DNA of 64,000 nucleotides from Bilabrum cf. latius (Eukaryota): NCBI GenBank assembly GCA_965178125.1, contig OZ237774.1, positions 372,001 to 436,000 of the forward strand, read 5' to 3'. Shown piece by piece: positions 60,762 to 64,000 of this stretch (position 1 is its first letter; each line of letters starts with the position of its first letter). The notes under the pieces were generated by a model. It saw only the letters and a program-made list of their open reading frames with translations, ran no database searches and was not told where the DNA came from. The position numbers and the translations under genes were made by a program.

Positions 60762-61943
60762 ATGAAAACTGCTAAAGTGAATGCTCTTATTCAGCAAGCC
60801 CTAGAGAGGGAACTGGACAATGCTAAAATGTTAGATTTATAGGCAAGAGACGACGTAGATTTAGAAACAGAATATAGTGATTTTATAAGGAAAAGGGCAA
60901 AAATTGAACGATTAAAAGAAAGTGGAAGGTATGGAACTCCAGCGTAGAGAAAATAGGCAGACCAAAGCAACGAGGAAATCATATCTAAGTCAATATCTGG
61001 TATAATGAAAGGTATTATTGAGGGTAAAAATGTAAGTCCAGCAGTGAAAGCATTGAAGGATTTTGTTGGTAATATCAATATGTCTCCACAAATGAAGCAA
61101 CAACTCGCCCGTCAATACGTTAACATAGAGAGGTTTCAAAGGAAAGGATACGAAGGACTGCAGAGAGTTCCAGCTGAGGATAGAAAACAACTCTTAGAAT
61201 TAGGGAAAGTTATATAGGAGGCATCCGGACAACGAATACCGTAGGGAATGTTGGGAATTGATTAGTAGCCAACATCTTTACAAACACCTGCTCGAACAAC
61301 AAGAAGAAACACGTTTTCCGCTCCAACACAAGTACAGCTTCCAAAAAGGTCTTCGGGTGCGTATAAATAGTTATTGGAAAGAGCCAGAGAAAGAATACAA
61401 CAAGACAGACCCTTAACTGAAAAACAACGAATAGCGTGGGATTTAGAATAGGGAAAGAATTTCTCACAAAGAACATCACAGGGGCAGACAAATATGTTTT
61501 AGCATTTTCAAGAGGGTTCAAGTAGTAATGCGTCAAAAACATCAAAAGACTTAGATGCCATATTAGCCGCAGCGAGCAATGAAAGACCACTACCGCAAGG
61601 AAGCACTCCGGGGGCGTGGGACCCAGAAACTGGTGAGTACTATGATATGCCGAGTAGGATGGAAATTGAGCAGGGAATTGGAAAACGTGCTACTAGACCT
61701 GTGTAGCGATTTACGGGGTTTAGTCCGCCCTATGGAATGTAGTAGCCTGATTTAGAAGACCCACCATCACGCGCAATGACTGTAGAAGAAAGTGGAAAAC
61801 CAAAAAAGGGGAAAGGATTAACAGGTGGAAAAAGAATTATCTATGATACAGCAATGAATGTAGCCAAGAAAGTAAAAGGAAGCACTAAAAATATTCATCA
61901 TTAGGTTGCTATGGAACTATTACATCTTTTAGGAAAAGATTGA
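60762..61943 (+). CDS. Uncharacterised virophage protein, 393 aa (putative protease-processed core protein)
   Basis: Open from TATAGTAA-ATG to TGA 61941-61943 only if more than a dozen TAGs are sense. Contains KGKGLTGGKR near the C-terminus. Confidence 0.7.
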
Positions 61944-62008
61944 CCAAAACCTCTTATATACATCTTTTGGCAACCTGATAAAAATTATATCTGTGGATAT
62001 ACTATAAA

Positions 62009-62500
62009 ATGTCAGTCTCAAATCTTCTATCTAAGAACAGTCTAGACCTTATGTCTCAAACTATTACGTGTAATGTTGTGAGTAGCGACGCAATTAAAGT
62101 GTCCGCAATTACTAACTCTACGGGAGCAGTCATAGGCAATCCAAGTATTGAATTCAAAGACGGAGAGCCTTATATGGAGTGGGGTGAAACTGTTCTACGG
62201 TTTGGAAAAAACGGAGCGTCTGCTGGTTGTCAGTTCAGTATGAGCGAAGAAGGAGAAAGATGCGATATTTCACTAGTTGGTTCATTCAAGACTTCTCAAG
62301 AGGGTGTTGTTGGGCTGAGTGAGGTTGCTGGAGCTACATTGGCTGACGCTTCTACCCCTATTAATACGTCAGCAGAGCGAAAGTTCAAGGGCGCTTTAGT
62401 GTATAATGGAAGCGACAACGATGTCTATGTGGCGATTGGCAGTTCTTCTACATCTAGTTGGAAATCCTTAGTGTCAGGTTCACTTATTACACCATCTTAA
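62009..62500 (+). CDS. Uncharacterised virophage protein, 163 aa (possible fibre/spike-like structural protein)
   Basis: Intact ORF ending in TAA, directly upstream of the penton. The N-terminus MSVSNLLSKN resembles N-termini of virophage fibre-like proteins (recollection, unverified). Confidence 0.55.
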   Translation: MSVSNLLSKNSLDLMSQTITCNVVSSDAIKVSAITNSTGAVIGNPSIEFKDGEPYMEWGETVLRFGKNGASAGCQFSMSEEGERCDISLVGSFKTSQEGVVGLSEVAGATLADASTPINTSAERKFKGALVYNGSDNDVYVAIGSSSTSSWKSLVSGSLITPS

Positions 62501-62556
62501 TTATACTTTAGAAAAGTAATCAAACCCACCCCATAATTATAAACGTCTATAGTAAA

Positions 62557-63672
62557 ATGAGTTCTCCAGACCGATTTTACATTACCGCAAACATACGAAA
62601 TAACGAAGATACTTTCCAACCAGCGACCTATAGCGAAACCCGCAAGTAGCCATTATTAGATAAGGATGTTGGTGATTATACGATGTCAGTATTCCGGTTT
62701 TCCATAAGCACCAATTCAATACCTTTATGGGTTCCACACATAGAAACCGATAAAGTGAAAAATCCATCTTCAAATCCTAATCAAACGGTGTATAGAATAA
62801 GCATTACAGATGAAGACGGAGTAAGTTTGTGGACCTCAAGCATTCAGTGGAGACCCTAGTTAACAGGGGAAAACCAACCATCTTTTTCCAATCCTATGTA
62901 GTTTGTTCCTTATTATTATATGTATTCCGTGTAGCATTTTGTTGATTTATTCAACGAAACCATATAGAATGCTTTATCAGCGGATATTACATCAGTTCCG
63001 GTTTTACTCTTTAAAGATGGAAAGTTCAGTTTAGTAGCAAACCCCGATTACGACGAGGAAAACTCAGGACAGAAATTTAAATTAGTGTTGAATGAAGCCC
63101 TTAACGAACTGATGACGGGTTTTCCTATGGAACGAATGGATATCCAAGATGACGACTTATACGCCAGTATTCTATTCAAAACCCTAGGAACCAATGTTTT
63201 ATTCGATGATGGCTCTTCTGTTGGAAAATATGAACCTTAGGCATACTTCGAGGGAAACCCAACGGGAGACTACAGATTAATGATGACCTAGGAACGAGGG
63301 AGTTTAGTGTAGTTTTAGATTTTTCGCGGAATAGTTTTCACATCTTCAAGTCTTCCAGTGAGGAGTGAGGCAATATCCTAGAAATCCGCCTATGGACAAT
63401 CCACTAATACAGTTCAAAATTCAGGTTCAGGGACCGAGAGTTTATTAGTGGATATGGATTGTGTATTAGATGATACTGAAACAGTTAATTAGCAGGTTCT
63501 TCAATACCAGCCCCATATTCTCCACGAAATTGATTTTTTAGATACACATTCAGTAGATAGGATTTAGTTTAATCTATATTGGAAAGACAATTATTCAAAT
63601 CTAAGACCTCTTTATTTACGCCACGGAAGTGTGAGTGTGAAGTTTTTATTTAAGAAACGGAAAGGACTTTGA
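62557..63672 (+). CDS. Virophage minor capsid protein (penton), 371 aa
   Basis: YSETRK[TAG]PLL...DYTMSVFRFSISTNSIPLWVPHI...NPNQTVYRISI...IVFTSSSLPVRSE...LYWKDNYSNLRPLYL..GSVSVKFLFKK. Many in-frame TAGs; ends in TGA; immediately upstream of the MCP. Confidence 0.88.
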
Positions 63673-63750
63673 AAAAATGATAATTCGTCGGATGGGGACG
63701 CGACCCCATAGAATTTTATTCGTTGTATATAATATACAAGGAAAACAAAA

Positions 63751-64000
63751 ATGTCATTGAATACATTTGCCCTTCAGCCAGTCAAAGTATCTCCCGCAAC
63801 ATTAGACGTACAACCAAAGCCTTATGAAGTTCAAGAAGGTTATGAGAACCGAACGTTTCGCAGATACGCTCCATCTGGTTCAGCCGGTAATTATAATTCA
63901 GGTGTGAATTGGAATATTAGTATGCCTTCAGGTGTAGGTTTATGCCGCCGCGCATACGTGTCTTGCCGTTTTTCCATTACCTTTTCCGTGAATAATCAAA
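63751..64000 (+). CDS. Virophage major capsid protein, N-terminus (3'-partial)
   Basis: MSLNTFALQPVKVSPATLDV...YEVQEG...TFRRY...VNWNISMPS...LCRRAYVSCRFSITF resembles the Sputnik-type MCP N-terminus; canonical penton-MCP gene order. Confidence 0.75.
   Translation, partial: MSLNTFALQPVKVSPATLDVQPKPYEVQEGYENRTFRRYAPSGSAGNYNSGVNWNISMPSGVGLCRRAYVSCRFSITFSVNNQ

Larger units (their letters stand above)
57360..64000. mobile_element. Endogenous virophage (Lavidaviridae/Maveriviricetes-like), left part; continues beyond the window
   Basis: Shift to AT-rich, intron-less, densely packed genes just after the host TGA. Carries the four virophage core genes (ATPase, protease, penton, MCP) plus a Tlr6F-like gene. 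The left junction is approximate (57360-57430). Confidence 0.92.

Noticed and set aside
57360-64000. Bacterial or phage contamination (e.g. a code-15 crAss-like phage) or organellar DNA
   Set aside because: Gene content (adenain-like protease, A32-like ATPase, penton-MCP, Tlr6F-like) is virophage-type, and no phage or organellar genes were recognised.

Overview
Eukaryotic (protist-like, GC-rich, GT-AG introns) nuclear DNA. It appears to use a non-standard genetic code in which TAG is read as glutamine while TAA and TGA remain stops. TAG falls on family-conserved Gln positions in Rpn11, an AN1 zinc finger, a metaxin/FAX-like GST and an ABCB transporter. Reading TAG as Gln fuses the fragmented ORF track into intact genes, all ending in TGA or TAA. 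Host part (1 to ~57.4 kb): a large PPC-repeat single-pass surface protein, Rpn11, a heat-shock factor, a ZFAND1-like protein, a CSRNP-like protein, a metaxin/FAX-like GST, an ABCB/MDR transporter, two convergent giant hybrid histidine kinase paralogues with patchwork near-identity, tRNA-Trp, an unknown ~1.5k-aa protein with a scrambled inverted copy, tandem repeats and a Clu-domain/TPR protein. From ~57.4 kb to the window end lies an AT-rich, intron-less endogenous virophage-like element: Tlr6F-like protein, adenain-type cysteine protease, A32-like packaging ATPase, putative core proteins, penton and the start of the major capsid protein. Most of its genes are open only if TAG=Gln, and even the protease oxyanion-hole Gln is TAG-encoded. 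This points to an integrated virophage adapted to its host's alternative genetic code. All family assignments come from motif recognition by eye; no searches were run.
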